Counted from the stretch's first letter, positions 50,389 to 60,744 are shown. The stretch is DNA of 64,000 nucleotides from Gekko japonicus (GCF_001447785.1 NW_015175421.1:1-64000); one strand, 5' to 3'. Notes: a model not told the origin generated them from the sequence alone. Program-made: numbers and translations.

Positions 50389-51551
50389 GTGTGGGAGGAG
50401 TTGTGGAGCTGTGCCCAAGGGTCCTTGGCTCCTGGGTGGCTCCCTTACTAGCAGTTCCATCAGCAGCAGTTAGCAGGTCCTTGATAAATATTGCAGTGTA
50501 GTAGTTCATGTATTAGAATATGAGTGGGGAAACCCAGCTTCAGATCCTTATTTAGCCCAGAAGCTCACTAGCTGACCTCGAGCCGATAATTCAGGCTAAC
50601 CTACCTTACAGGGTTGTTGTGGGGATAACATGAAAGGGGGGGGAGAATCGGTTGGTCCTGAATTCTGTGGAGCAATGGGAACATAAAAATATGGCAAGGG
50701 GAGGATTAATGCAGATTTCTATATATCAAAGATCTGTTAAGAGCACAGGAGCAGGCTGTTCCTGGAGTGTTGGCAACCCCCTAAATCCCACCGAAGTGGA
50801 TGTGATGGGAGAGTTTGTGGGACTAGAGCCATGTCACAGAGTGTGTGAATGAGAAAGCAGATGGAAGGGGGGAGATGTATGCGTTTGATGCCCTCTAGAT
50901 CTCTTTACCACAGGTCTTCACACTTACCCGCACATGTCTTCATGAGAGGATCTTTATGTGAAAACACCACTCAAAACAGCAGGTTCACACTTGATGGGGG
51001 GGAGAAACCTAGCTAGGGTTGCCAGCTTTTAATCTGGTCCTTGTAGCTGTCCCTTTAACATCAGTGTGCTCTGTGAGCAATCGTCAGATAATGTGATGGC
51101 GCTCCAGGCCCCGGAAAGCTCCAACTGCCCACTTCCTTGGGATGCCAACCTCCAGGAAGGTACAAGAACAAAATTACACCCTCGCGAGTACTAATCACTC
51201 ACGGTCAGATTACACTCAGATGCTGCTTAAAGGCTTGTGTCTCAAATACAATGAATGAGGAAATCAGACATTGAAATGTGAATCCTTTAGTATGATCCGC
51301 AGTAATTGTCCTGGAATTACTGATCTCCAGACTACAGAGATCAGTTCCCCTGGAGGAAATGGCAGCTTTGGAAGCTGGACTCGATGACATCACATCATCG
51401 CTGAGTTTCCACACTCCCCAAACACTGCTGGCCCCAGGCACTCCCCCCCCCCCAAATCTCCAGGAATTTCCCAAGCCAGAATTGGCAGCCTTACTTGTCT
51501 GTGCACGTTACCGATAAAGAGAAAGGAGGGCACAGAAAAGGGTTACAAAAT

Positions 51552-51941
51552 TGTTGGGTGTTACAAGTCAAAACACTTCAGTATTTACAGGGTTGATTAT
51601 GTTTGTTAAGTCACATGTTTGTTTGTAACCAATCTGTTTAGACAACAGAATGCCCGGGAACTTTGGAGCTGATTTGCTAGTCCGATTGGAAACCAAGGTG
51701 TCAAGTATTTAGCATATTGGCTTCTCCTCCCGGTCTTTGTTCTGACTGAGAAGGAGACGCCATTCGGCTCTTCCCGTTTTACCTTTTAGCTGCAAGGATG
51801 TAGGCATATTAGCTCTTTGTTATTTTATATCCTGTGTACCTTTTTCCCATGTTAGGTTTATAGTAAACTTTTATATTTTAATACACACCATGGACTCAGT
51901 CTCTTAATACTCTGCTGACTTACTAAAAAGGAATCCCAACA
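51552..51941 (+). mobile_element. Solo LTR (390 bp)
   Basis: TGTTGGG...CCCAACA termini, 5-bp TSD AAAAT, AGTAAA poly(A)-like signal at about 51862. Confidence 0.75.
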
Positions 51942-52134
51942 AAAATGCTGCCCCAAAGTAGTGTGCTTCTTGCTCTAGGAGCTTTATCGGCAAGAACTTA
52001 TTTCAGTAGATAATGCAAAGGAACTGTGAAAAGGATGGAGCCTGTGAATGGCAGTAATTCACAAGATATTTTTTTTAAAACCATGTTGAAAGCAAGAGAG
52101 ACTCAGCTTTATGTTATCCAATCAGCTGAAGTCT

Positions 52135-52265
52135 GCAAAATTCAATCACTAGGAGTTCAGAAACCTATGAATGGAGAATGCAAAATTCAGTCACTAGGAG
52201 TTCAGGAACCTATGAATGGAGAATGCAAAATTCAGTCACTAGGAGTTCAGGAACCTATGAATGGG
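52135..52265. repeat. 39-bp minisatellite, 3 copies
   Basis: TGCAAAATTCAGTCACTAGGAGTTCAGGAACCTATGAATGGAGAA-like unit repeated three times. Confidence 0.85.
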
Positions 52266-52604
52266 AAAACCCCAGACTCACCCTATGTATGCAAAGTGGT
52301 CAGAGTTTAAAACTGATTGATTTAGTGGGCACCAGCAGCTGCATCTCCTGGCCTCTAATCTATTTACAACTGTATTTTCCCAAAAGATGACCTTGAAGGT
52401 AAGATCCTGAATGCAAGACAATGACCCTAATAAAGGCTATACACAAAAGAGTTGGGTTTATCTACTTACCATGCCTAGCCTTCACTGTTCCCTGAGGCCA
52501 TTTGCTTTAGATGGGGGGGGGGGTTGTCAGCAGAGAAGGAGAGACATCAATCTGATTTAATGTGGCTATTAAACAGGATTAGGCCTTGACTCCAGGACTA
52601 TGAC

Positions 52605-52810
52605 CAATACTCCCTCTAAACTGTAGAGTCTTGTGAGCAAAAATTCTACTTTGTGAGCTACTGGCATTAAGGTTGTGAGCGAGCAATTTGGTTACTGCAT
52701 AAATTAGTTTGCACTGGAGCCATCCTTCTTGAGCTAGGACAAAAATGTGTGAGCCAGAGGCTAAAAAACTGTGAGCTAGCTCACACTAATACAGCTTAGA
52801 GGGAACACTG
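52605..52810 (-). mobile_element. hAT-type MITE (CAGTGTTCCCTCTAAG family)
   Basis: TIRs plus exact 8-bp TSD ACTATGAC. Confidence 0.9.
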
Positions 52811-54742
52811 ACTATGACTACTCTAGTCTAGAAAACATGAAGGGAAAATGGGATTCACTTGGCTCTATAAGGTGGGAAGTCTCATTACATCAGCAGATGT
52901 GTGTTACCCAACTCTGATCGCTGGGAACAGGAATGCAGAGAAGGGTGGTAGAATCTTCTACTGGGCAGAACCATGGGGTCTCTCCTGCAATCGCAAAAGA
53001 CCAGCTTGGGGGGAGAATTGGCAAGAAGAAGATTGACAACCCTGATATTTTTGAACTGTGTGACCAAATCTAGCAACTGCAGGCTGGGGGTGGGGTGGGG
53101 TTATGTATTAATATATATTTTTATGCATTCATAAAAGCAAGATTGCACAGTTCACTCGAAACCTTGTTTGTTTGTTTTTAAAATGAAATCTGAGAATTCA
53201 AGTACCTGCTTTCCTTAATTGTGTGCTCTGGACACAAAGAATAGGAAGAAATTTCTGGAGCTCTGATATATATATTTTAAGACTTCCCTGTTGTACATTC
53301 TCCCCCTCACACACACACACACACAGACACACAACCTATGCTGTTTCTGCTTCGGGTCTGAGGAGATAAGGCGGGGTAGAAATATTCTGAATGAATTAAT
53401 ATGTGCTAAGGATTCTCAGATTATTTTGGAACTGTTGTGTTTGTTTGCATTATTTATTTAGACATTTTTGCCCCAGTTTCCCCCCGATGGAGAACCAAAG
53501 CGGCTTACAACATCATTCTCCTATCTCCCACCGCTCCTACAGGAGGTGGGGGTGGGTGGGCTGGCAACCCTTTATCCTCCATTTTGTCGACATGATGATG
53601 GCAACAAGATCCCCGTGAGGTTGGTTAGGTTGAGAGAGAGACAGTAGATGGCTCAAAGTCACCCAATGAGTTAGGGTTACCAACTCCTGGTTAGGAAATA
53701 TCTGGAGCTTTGGGGGTGGGGCCTAGGGAGAGTAGGGTTTGGGGAGGGGACGGACCTCAGCGGGGTATAATGCCATAGAGTTCACCCTCCAAAGCAGCCT
53801 CTCTTTATTTGCAGGGGAACTGATCTCTGTCGTCTGGAGATCAGTTGTAATTCAGGGAGCTCTCCAGGCCCCACCTGGAGGCTGGCAAGCCTAGTTAGGC
53901 AGATTGGGGATTTGAACCTGGGTCTCTCAGATCCTAGTGTGTCATACTAACCATTGTACCATCTCAGGGACACGGTCAAAGTCTCATAGGCAATTGAAAC
54001 CCGTGTCTGCTCATTTGCCAGAGTCCCGTCTTGTTTCATCTGGAGAAGTAGAACCCACCAATTCCACGTCAGTCACTGAATTTGAGCTGGTCGGTTTCCC
54101 GGTGTAACAGGCCGGATTAACCCCCCGGCCAGAGTAACCCCGGGGTTATTCTGGCCTAGCCTAGAATAACCCCGGAGGGGTTATTGAGGGGTTATTCTGG
54201 CCTAGCCTAGAGTAACCCCGGGTTAATCTGGCCGGCTGTAACAGGCCAGATTCACCCCCCCCCGGCCAGAGTAACCCCGGGCCTAGCCCAGAGTAACCCC
54301 TGCCAGGCCGGGCCAGAGTAACCCCGGGGGTTAGTCCAGACGGGGGGTTACTCTGGGCTAGCCTATACTAACCCCCACCTGGCCAGAGTGGTAAGTTAAA
54401 TGTCAGCTGAATCCAATCTCTTCTTCTTTTTAACTTATTTTTTTTTTAACTTCTTTTTAACTGCACAACACAACAACCTGTAACCCCGGGCTTAGTTGAG
54501 TGGTAACTTAGATGTCAGTGTAACCAGCACAGTGTCAGCTTCTGAGGGTTTCAGGTCCATGAGAAACTTGTCAGGCAATCTGAGATTCCTCTTGGTAGTG
54601 AAGAACAGGGTATGAATCCAATCTCATTAGTCAACAGACCCAAATATCAACAGTACTACGACTGACATTTCTTTGGAGAGCCAAATTTTTTAAACTTAAA
54701 CTATATAGGTAGGTACTTTGTTATTAACTTAATAATGGGACT

Positions 54743-54958
54743 CCTAGCAGTTCGAAAGCAAGAAATTACAAGTAGATAAATAGGGACCACTTTGGTGGGA
54801 AGGTAACAGCGTTCCGTGCGCCTTGGTGTTTAGTCATGCCGGCCACATGACCACGGAAACGTCTTCCGACAGCGCTCTTTGGCTTTGAAACGGAGATGAG
54901 CACCGCAACCCTAGAGTCGGATTCGACTGGCTTTCGAGCAAGGGAAACTTTTACCTTT
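54743..54958 (+). mobile_element. Sauria SINE (5'-truncated) nested in the Ginger-like element
   Basis: Reverse complement of the 39548 copy; ends in TTTTACCTTT. Confidence 0.85.
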
Positions 54959-55355
54959 AAGGCGGCCTTTGCTGAAAACGTCCTCGATCTGATTGAGGTA
55001 CGTTCACTGAAGTCGACCCCTTCCAACTCTCCCTTCCCTCTTTTTTTTTAAAAAAGGTTGCCCACAGCTTTAGATTAGAAAGAAAGAAAGAAAGACGGGA
55101 AGAGCATAGAGGGAGGGAGGGCAGTGAGACAGAAAGAGGGAAGAAAAAAGCAAAGCGGGAAAGCTGATTGACTTCAGTCTTAGAACTCTGCACACATAGA
55201 ATTTTATTACTTCAACCAGGAAAAAAACCAACAGTAAAAACATTAGACTTGATGTTCACTTAACTTAGCTGTCCATAATGTAATATAAGTCATAACATCC
55301 TGAAACTTCTACTTTGATGGCTACCAAGTACCCACAGAGATATAATTATTCAAAG

Positions 55356-56090
55356 CTAAACACTAATGACAACATCAAAATGATCATGCTTGTTTCCAAG
55401 ATAAAGTGCATGCTCTGTTGTTGACTGCAGATTGAAGCTTGCGGGATAGGTCAACCATTCCATGGAGTGACCAGCTTTTGTGTGGATGAGGATGTCGCAA
55501 CTCAGCAGATTCGCTGTGGCCATGATCTCTGCATCAGTTGCCCAGACTCCATCATGAGAGATGCCAGAAGTGCTCACATATTCACTCACATTCCGGTTCA
55601 AGTAGTCCTGTAGTTTCTCTGTCAAGTCAGTGTTCATGTGGTGGATGACTTTATTTCTAAGAAGGGAGTGGTTGTCCTCTGATCCTGTCAGGATGTAGCT
55701 GATGGCCCGGAAGTAGCAGTTCCCATCACCTTTGGTTTTATACATACGCCGTGGATGCCCAAGCTCCCTTGTGCGTCCACAGTACACAACCTTTACAAAT
55801 GAAAGGCCAAGAGTGGTGCTAAGATACTTTCTTACAGAACTTGGTAGTGGGTTGAAAGTCTTCATCTGCTGGCATCTCTGTGAGATGTTGATGTCATCAT
55901 TGTCTGGTCCCTCACATGGTCTTTTGAGTGTCTTCTGCTTCAGGCTGTCATTTGCAGAGTCACTAGGATAATCATCATGGGACTTGGCTGCCTTCCTTGG
56001 CCTGAGTCCTGTGAGTCTCTGGGTCAGGTTATAAGTGGGGTGCCCTCGGTATTGGGGCTTCCCAAGAGTAAAAGGCAGCGCCTCTGGCAA
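55356..56090 (-). CDS. OTU-family cysteine protease/deubiquitinase domain (transposon-encoded; C-terminal part of a Ginger1 transposase)
   Basis: Uninterrupted 244-codon frame with KGDGNCYFRAIS (catalytic Cys), VWATDAEIMATANLL and HDHFDVV (catalytic His). First in-frame ATG at 55865 would give 169 aa. Expression unknown. Confidence 0.8.
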   Translation of the reverse strand: MPEALPFTLGKPQYRGHPTYNLTQRLTGLRPRKAAKSHDDYPSDSANDSLKQKTLKRPCEGPDNDDINISQRCQQMKTFNPLPSSVRKYLSTTLGLSFVKVVYCGRTRELGHPRRMYKTKGDGNCYFRAISYILTGSEDNHSLLRNKVIHHMNTDLTEKLQDYLNRNVSEYVSTSGISHDGVWATDAEIMATANLLSCDILIHTKAGHSMEWLTYPASFNLQSTTEHALYLGNKHDHFDVVISV

Positions 56091-56788
56091 CAGAAGGTGG
56101 TTCTCTCTGGTTATTGGGGAAGTATCTCTCTCAGTAGGAAAAGACAGCAGCCCCAGAAAGCAGGCCTGGGGGGTTAATCTGGCCTGGGGGGTTATTCTAG
56201 CCTAGGCCAGAGTAACCCCGGGGTTTCTCTGGCCGGGGAGTGAATGGGAGGGTTACTCTGGCCGGGGGGTTAATCTGGCCTGTTACACCGGACCTGCAGA
56301 ATTTTCACAGGCCCATCTTTGTCATCTTGCTGGTGATTTACCTGCTTATCCTCAGCGGAAACAGCATCATCTTCACCCTCATCTATGCCCACCCCCACCT
56401 TCATATCCCCATGTACTATTTTGTCGCCATATTGGCTGTCCTGGAGGTCTTCTACACCACTGTCACCATGCCCAAGATGCTGGCCGACCTTCAGAAAAGC
56501 ACTCCATCCATCTCTCTCCATGGCTGCCTGCTGCAAATCTATTTCTTCCACTCGCTGGGGATCACAGAGGCTTGTTTGCTCACAGTCATGGCTTATGACC
56601 GGTACTTAGCCATCTGCACCCTGTTAAAATATTCCACCACGATGACCACCAAGCTTTGTTTCCAGCTAGTGCTGGGATGCTGCGCGTGTGGCTTCACTTG
56701 TCCTTTGCCGGAAGTCATCCTGACTTCCCAGCTGCCGTTCTGCGGCCCCAGTCGCATCAAGCACATGTTCTGTGATTTCCCTCCACTG

Positions 56789-56974
56789 AGGTACCACTTC
56801 AGTGGGAAGGTAACAACGTTCTGTGTGCCTTGGTGTTTAGTCATGCCGGCCACATGACCATGGAAACGTCTTCGGACAGCGCTGGCTCTTCGGCTTCGAA
56901 ACAGAGATGAGCACCGCAACCCTTGAGTCGGATTCGACTGGCTTTCCAGAAAGGGAACCTGTACCTTTACCTTT
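56789..56974 (+). mobile_element. Sauria SINE (5'-truncated) at the OR pseudogene breakpoint
   Basis: Matches the Sauria SINE 3' half; ends ACCTTTACCTTT. Confidence 0.85.
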
Positions 56975-57936
56975 ATTTATCACCTCACCATGAATGACTT
57001 GGCTCAGGCAGCTAATGACCACTGAGGCAAGTACTAAATCTGCATACCAGGGATCCAAGGCTATGCAATGAAAACAGATATCCCAAGGCAAGGGGGAACC
57101 AGGTCGAGTGCTGATAAAATGTGGAGTGAATGCCAGATGCCGGATGGACCTTGGTTCCCTACCCCACCACACCACCAGAGGGCTTCTGGAGGTTTTTAAA
57201 ATTGTTAATTGACATATTGATGGAGCCGTGTATCGAAGTCAATTACTAATTTTTTTAAAATACCTCTAAACAAGCCCCCCCCTCCCCGTGTGGCATGGGG
57301 GGAAAATGATTACTGCAGGGCACAGCATCAGGAAAAACAAAGGGAAATCCACTCTGTGGAAGACCCGGCAGCAGCTGCAGTAACAGGGAAACCACAGAAA
57401 AGCATTTCTGGGGGGGAAAGACTGCCGTCTGGTGGATATGTTTTGTACCTCATGTGGACACACACAGCCTTGTACTAAAAGGCTCAAAGAACATAATACC
57501 AAAAATAGCATTTTAAAAATCCCCCCGATGATTTTATTTATTTACTTTTTTATATCCTGCCTTTCTTCCGAACGGGGACCCAAAGCAGCTTACATTGTTT
57601 TCCTCAGCTCCACTGTATTTTCACATCAACATTCGCCCTGTGAGGTAGATTTAGGCTGGGTATGTGTGATTGATCCAAGGTCACCCATCAAGATTCCTCC
57701 ACAGAGCAGGGATTTCGACCTGGAGTTACCCAGATCCTAGTCTGACACTTTAACCACTGCACCACTTGTCATGAAGGATTTTCAACTACACACACACCCA
57801 CACCACACAACATCTCCCAGTCAGGTCCGAGATTATAAATGAATCTGAGGTGTTCTCTCCCCCCCCCCCCCCCCAATCACAAAGTTCAGAACTGTAGTAG
57901 GACACCATCATCCGCCACTGTGCCTGGATGCTTTCT

Positions 57937-58113
57937 TCATAGTTTCCGTCTCTTCTCTACGATGGAGCTATAGATCTGTTGAGTCATAGGTACATAGCGC
58001 TTCTCCGACACATCCAGGAAGAAGAGAGGATCGCTGATGACTGCAGGATCGAATCCGTCCTTCACCAGTTGGCCTTTGATGTGTTTGAAACTTCCTGTGA
58101 TCTCCAGGGCTTT
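57937..58113 (-). CDS. SLC27A2/SLC27A5-like very-long-chain/bile acyl-CoA synthetase (FATP), last coding exon
   Basis: KALEITGSFKHIKGQLVKDGFDPAVISDPLFFLD...YVPMTQQIYSSIVEKRRKL* matches the FATP C-terminus. Acceptor ttttgtttttgcactcAG ends at 58114. Confidence 0.93.
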   Translation of the reverse strand, partial: KALEITGSFKHIKGQLVKDGFDPAVISDPLFFLDVSEKRYVPMTQQIYSSIVEKRRKL

Positions 58114-58217
58114 CTGAGTGCAAAAACAAAATGGCAGTGACTTACAAGCAACCCACAACAGTCATCCCCAATAGGAGAGTTAAAAGAAGGCCAAGAGGCC
58201 AGAGGGAGGGAAAGCAG

Positions 58218-58385
58218 TCGGTATAGCCTGATCTTGTCTGATCTCGGAAGGGTTTGCACTTGGATGGGAGACCATCAAGTAAGGCTCTGCATAGGAAGGC
58301 AAAGGCAAACCACCAATACTTCTCACTTGCCTTGAAAGCCCCATGCTGGGCTTGCCGAAAGTCATTTGAAACTTCACACCACTTA
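58218..58385 (+). mobile_element. 5S rRNA-derived SINE-like repeat with RTE/BovB-type tail; relatives at ~2490-2655-, 18280-18380-, 19465-19610+, 41090-41255-, 48690-48880-
   Basis: Head GCCTGATCTTGTCTGATCTCGGAAG...ACTTGGATGGGAGACC resembles 5S rRNA. Tail GGCAAACCAC...CTTGCCTTGAAAGCCCC resembles RTE elements. Confidence 0.6.
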
Positions 58386-58492
58386 CATACATAAGGGACC
58401 GGGACTGTGTGTGGTGTTGACAGGACTGCAAGGCAGGTGGGTAGAGAATTTGGCAATTGGACTTCTAGCAGAGAGAAATAACATGGGGGGGC

Positions 58493-58855
58493 AGGGGTCA
58501 TTTCATAGAAAAAGAGGTGCAGGAGCTCATTAGCATAACTTATTTGCATATGCCACACCCCCTGACATCACCGGAAGTGTGTCAGAAGGCAACACCCACC
58601 GCTCAGGCTCCACTGGACTGTTTTGGATTGCTAGCTATGGAGGGGGGGAGGAAGCGCAGATCTGCTCTCACAGGAGCTTGTACCTGAAGGTGGGATTGGG
58701 GGGGGGCTCTGCAACTTACCTAGCTGCGTCCTGCTCCTCGTGGCCCAACTGAGGGCTGCTGGGAGCAGGGGGTGGGGCTTGTTGCATGTGCCCACCCCCT
58801 GGGCTCCTTACTGCCGGAGCTCCGCTCCTGTGTGCTCCCACAGGAAATGAGCCTT
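58493..58855. mobile_element. Copy of the CAGGGGTCATTT hAT-like element, inverted relative to 461-877
   Basis: Reverse-complement match to 461-877. Confidence 0.7.
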
Positions 58856-59293
58856 GGGGGGGGGGATAATCTGCGGATGCTCAGTGGCAGGGCTAAGCAA
58901 GTGTTCAGGACTGGTTTAAGGCCCTCCGTTGCCTTCTCTTACTTCCCGCCTCTTTATTGTATGGACACAGCCAAGTCTTAGAGTTCTTCCTTTCCCTCTT
59001 CCTGGATCAGCCACCCACATTTCTTTCAGGGGCACAGACTATGGTACAAAAGTACCGGGGCTTCAGTCACCCTGGAGTGTCGGCCTGTGTCATGGAGGGA
59101 CCCTAGCAGCATACCTGTCCAAATGGGGCATGTTGTGTGTAGTGCTCTCTGAATAGATGGGTGGAGGGGGTGAGAGGATCTTTGTTTGGGAAGCAGCCCT
59201 GATTTCTTTGGGCAGAGTTGGGTGTTGATACCCAGTCTTGTCATACACATTGTTCTGTGGGCCACAGAACAACGCAACGGAGAGATGCCTCAC

Positions 59294-59424
59294 CTGGATG
59301 CGGATGAAGTGTGGGATGGCATAGTTTGGCAGGTAATCTGTGGCATGCCTGTACATCTCCTCTCCGTCAAAAGGCAGCCCCTCTTTTAGCTGGATGGCTG
59401 CCATCCCGATCTTTCCTTCATGGC
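59294..59424 (-). CDS. SLC27A2/SLC27A5-like FATP, penultimate exon (131 bp)
   Basis: HEGKIGMAAIQLKEGLPFDGEEMYRHATDYLPNYAIPHFIRIQ, bounded by ccacAG and GTGAG. Phases fit the neighbouring exons. Confidence 0.93.
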
Positions 59425-59915
59425 CTGTGGCAAATCAGAAAGGGGGCTGATGATCAGAATATTAGAAGAGCTCTGCCAAAGCAGACCAGCATCCTGTTTC
59501 GCACAGTGGCTAAAGAAGCTGCTCTGGAAGGCCAACAAGCAGGGCACCGAGGTTGAGGCTTTCCCTTAATATTGGCTCCTAGAGTTGCCAGTTCTGGGTT
59601 GGAAAATTCCTGGAGATTTTGGGGATGGAGACTGCGGAGAGTGGGCTTGGGGAGGGGAGGGATCTCTCTGGGGCACAATGCCATAAAGTCTGTCTTCTAA
59701 AGCTGCCATTTCCTCCAGGGGAACTCATCTCTGTAGCCTGGAGATCAGTTGTAATTCCGGGAGATCTCCAGGCACCAACTAGAGGTTGGCAACCATACTT
59801 AACATCGGTATTTAAACCGCTTACTGCCTCTTCATATGGATGTTTGCCTTAATCACTCTAACTAGTGGCTTGTATTTAGTTTTTAGATGGTACACTGAAA
59901 TGCTTTACATGATTA

Positions 59916-60260
59916 AAGTAAAGGTTCCCTTGCTCGAAAGCCAGTCAAATCCGACTCTAGGGTTGCGGTGCTCATCTCTGTTTCAAAGCTGAAGAGCCAG
60001 CGCTGTCCGAAGACGTTTCCGTGGTCATGTAGCCGGCATGACTAAACACCAAGGCGCACAGAACGCTGTTCCCTTCCCACTGAAGTGGTACCTATTTATC
60101 TACTTGCAATTTCTTGCTTTCGAACTGCTAGGTTGGCAGGAGCTGGAACTAGAGATGGGAGCTCACTCCATCATGCAGCACCCGGGTCTCGAACTGCTGA
60201 ACTACTGACCTTCCACAGCCTGCAGTTCAGCGTCTTAACCACCTGAGCCACCGCAGCTCC
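59916..60260 (-). mobile_element. Sauria SINE, full length, intronic
   Basis: Full head-to-tail match; TSD TTTAC[A/C]TGATTA. Confidence 0.88.
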
Positions 60261-60595
60261 TTTTACCTGATTAGCAGAATACATATGTTTACAAAGTCCT
60301 TTCATGTAATTGTACACAGTTTTGTAACAGGACAATTATTTTGTATCTTATTAAGAAGTCTGTACCAATTAGCTTGTACAAAAATTTGATGGACCAAGGG
60401 TCTGATTCAGTATATGGCAGCTTCATGTGTTTATGTGTTCAACCTGCAATATCCAAGTTGGGGTGGTAAAAAAAAAAAAATCCTAACCAGCTTTTCCTTT
60501 CGCATACTACTGCGGAAGCAGAACAACTATTGAGGTTCGTTCTTTGGACTACATGTGGCAAAGACTTGTAGGGCGGGGAGACATTTCAGACTCAC

Positions 60596-60693
60596 CTGGC
60601 ACGGGCACCCCATATACATTGACTTGTTGAATAAAGTTCACTGTGGTCAGGATTTTCTCAACCTCCGTAGTGGCCACGTTCTCCCCTTTCCAG
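60596..60693 (-). CDS. SLC27A2/SLC27A5-like FATP exon (98 bp); upstream exons lie beyond the window
   Basis: [33 protein letters not shown] (FACS/VLACS signature region), bounded by catgcAG and GTGAG. Confidence 0.93.
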
Positions 60694-60744
60694 CTGCATG
60701 AGAGAGGAGCCATTACCACTGGGTTCACTATCCAGGACTGATTT

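Larger units (their letters stand above)
54103..56287 (-). mobile_element. Non-autonomous Ginger1-type DNA transposon carrying an OTU domain
   Basis: Termini TGTAACA...TGTTACA. 38-bp TIR with 1 mismatch (TGTAACAGGCC[G/A]GATTAACCCCCCGGCCAGAGTAACCC). CCGG duplicated at 54099-54102 and 56288-56291, and removing the element restores the OR frame. Internal OTU ORF. Confidence 0.88.
54048..56788 (+). pseudogene. OR6-type olfactory receptor pseudogene, split by a transposon and 3'-truncated
   Basis: 54048-54102 reads VEPTNSTSVTEFELVGFP (paralog 44670: METTNETRVTEFELVGFQ). It resumes at 56288 as PDLQNFH...MAYDRYLAIC...HMFCDFPPL and ends at a Sauria SINE at about 56789. TM5-TM7 are not found downstream. 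Confidence 0.93.

Noticed and set aside
54103-54400. CRISPR-like or telomere-like array (TAACCC motifs)
   Set aside because: The repeats occur in both orientations without unique spacers and are mirrored at the other end of the insert. They are transposon subterminal repeats.
55356-56090. Host OTUD/OTU gene or retrocopy, or an endogenous viral OTU
   Set aside because: It is enclosed by TIRs with a CCGG TSD, with no poly-A or viral genes. A Ginger1 C-terminal domain explains it better.
56240-56857. 205-aa ORF as a novel transposon-OR-SINE fusion protein
   Set aside because: It starts at a GTG inside the TIR and ends in SINE sequence with only TM1-TM4. This is chance read-through of a pseudogene with no support for expression.
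60691-60693. Possible Arg-to-Ser change in the FRWKGENV motif
   Set aside because: The codon is split by the intron (NN|C). CGC would still be Arg, and the upstream exon is outside the window.
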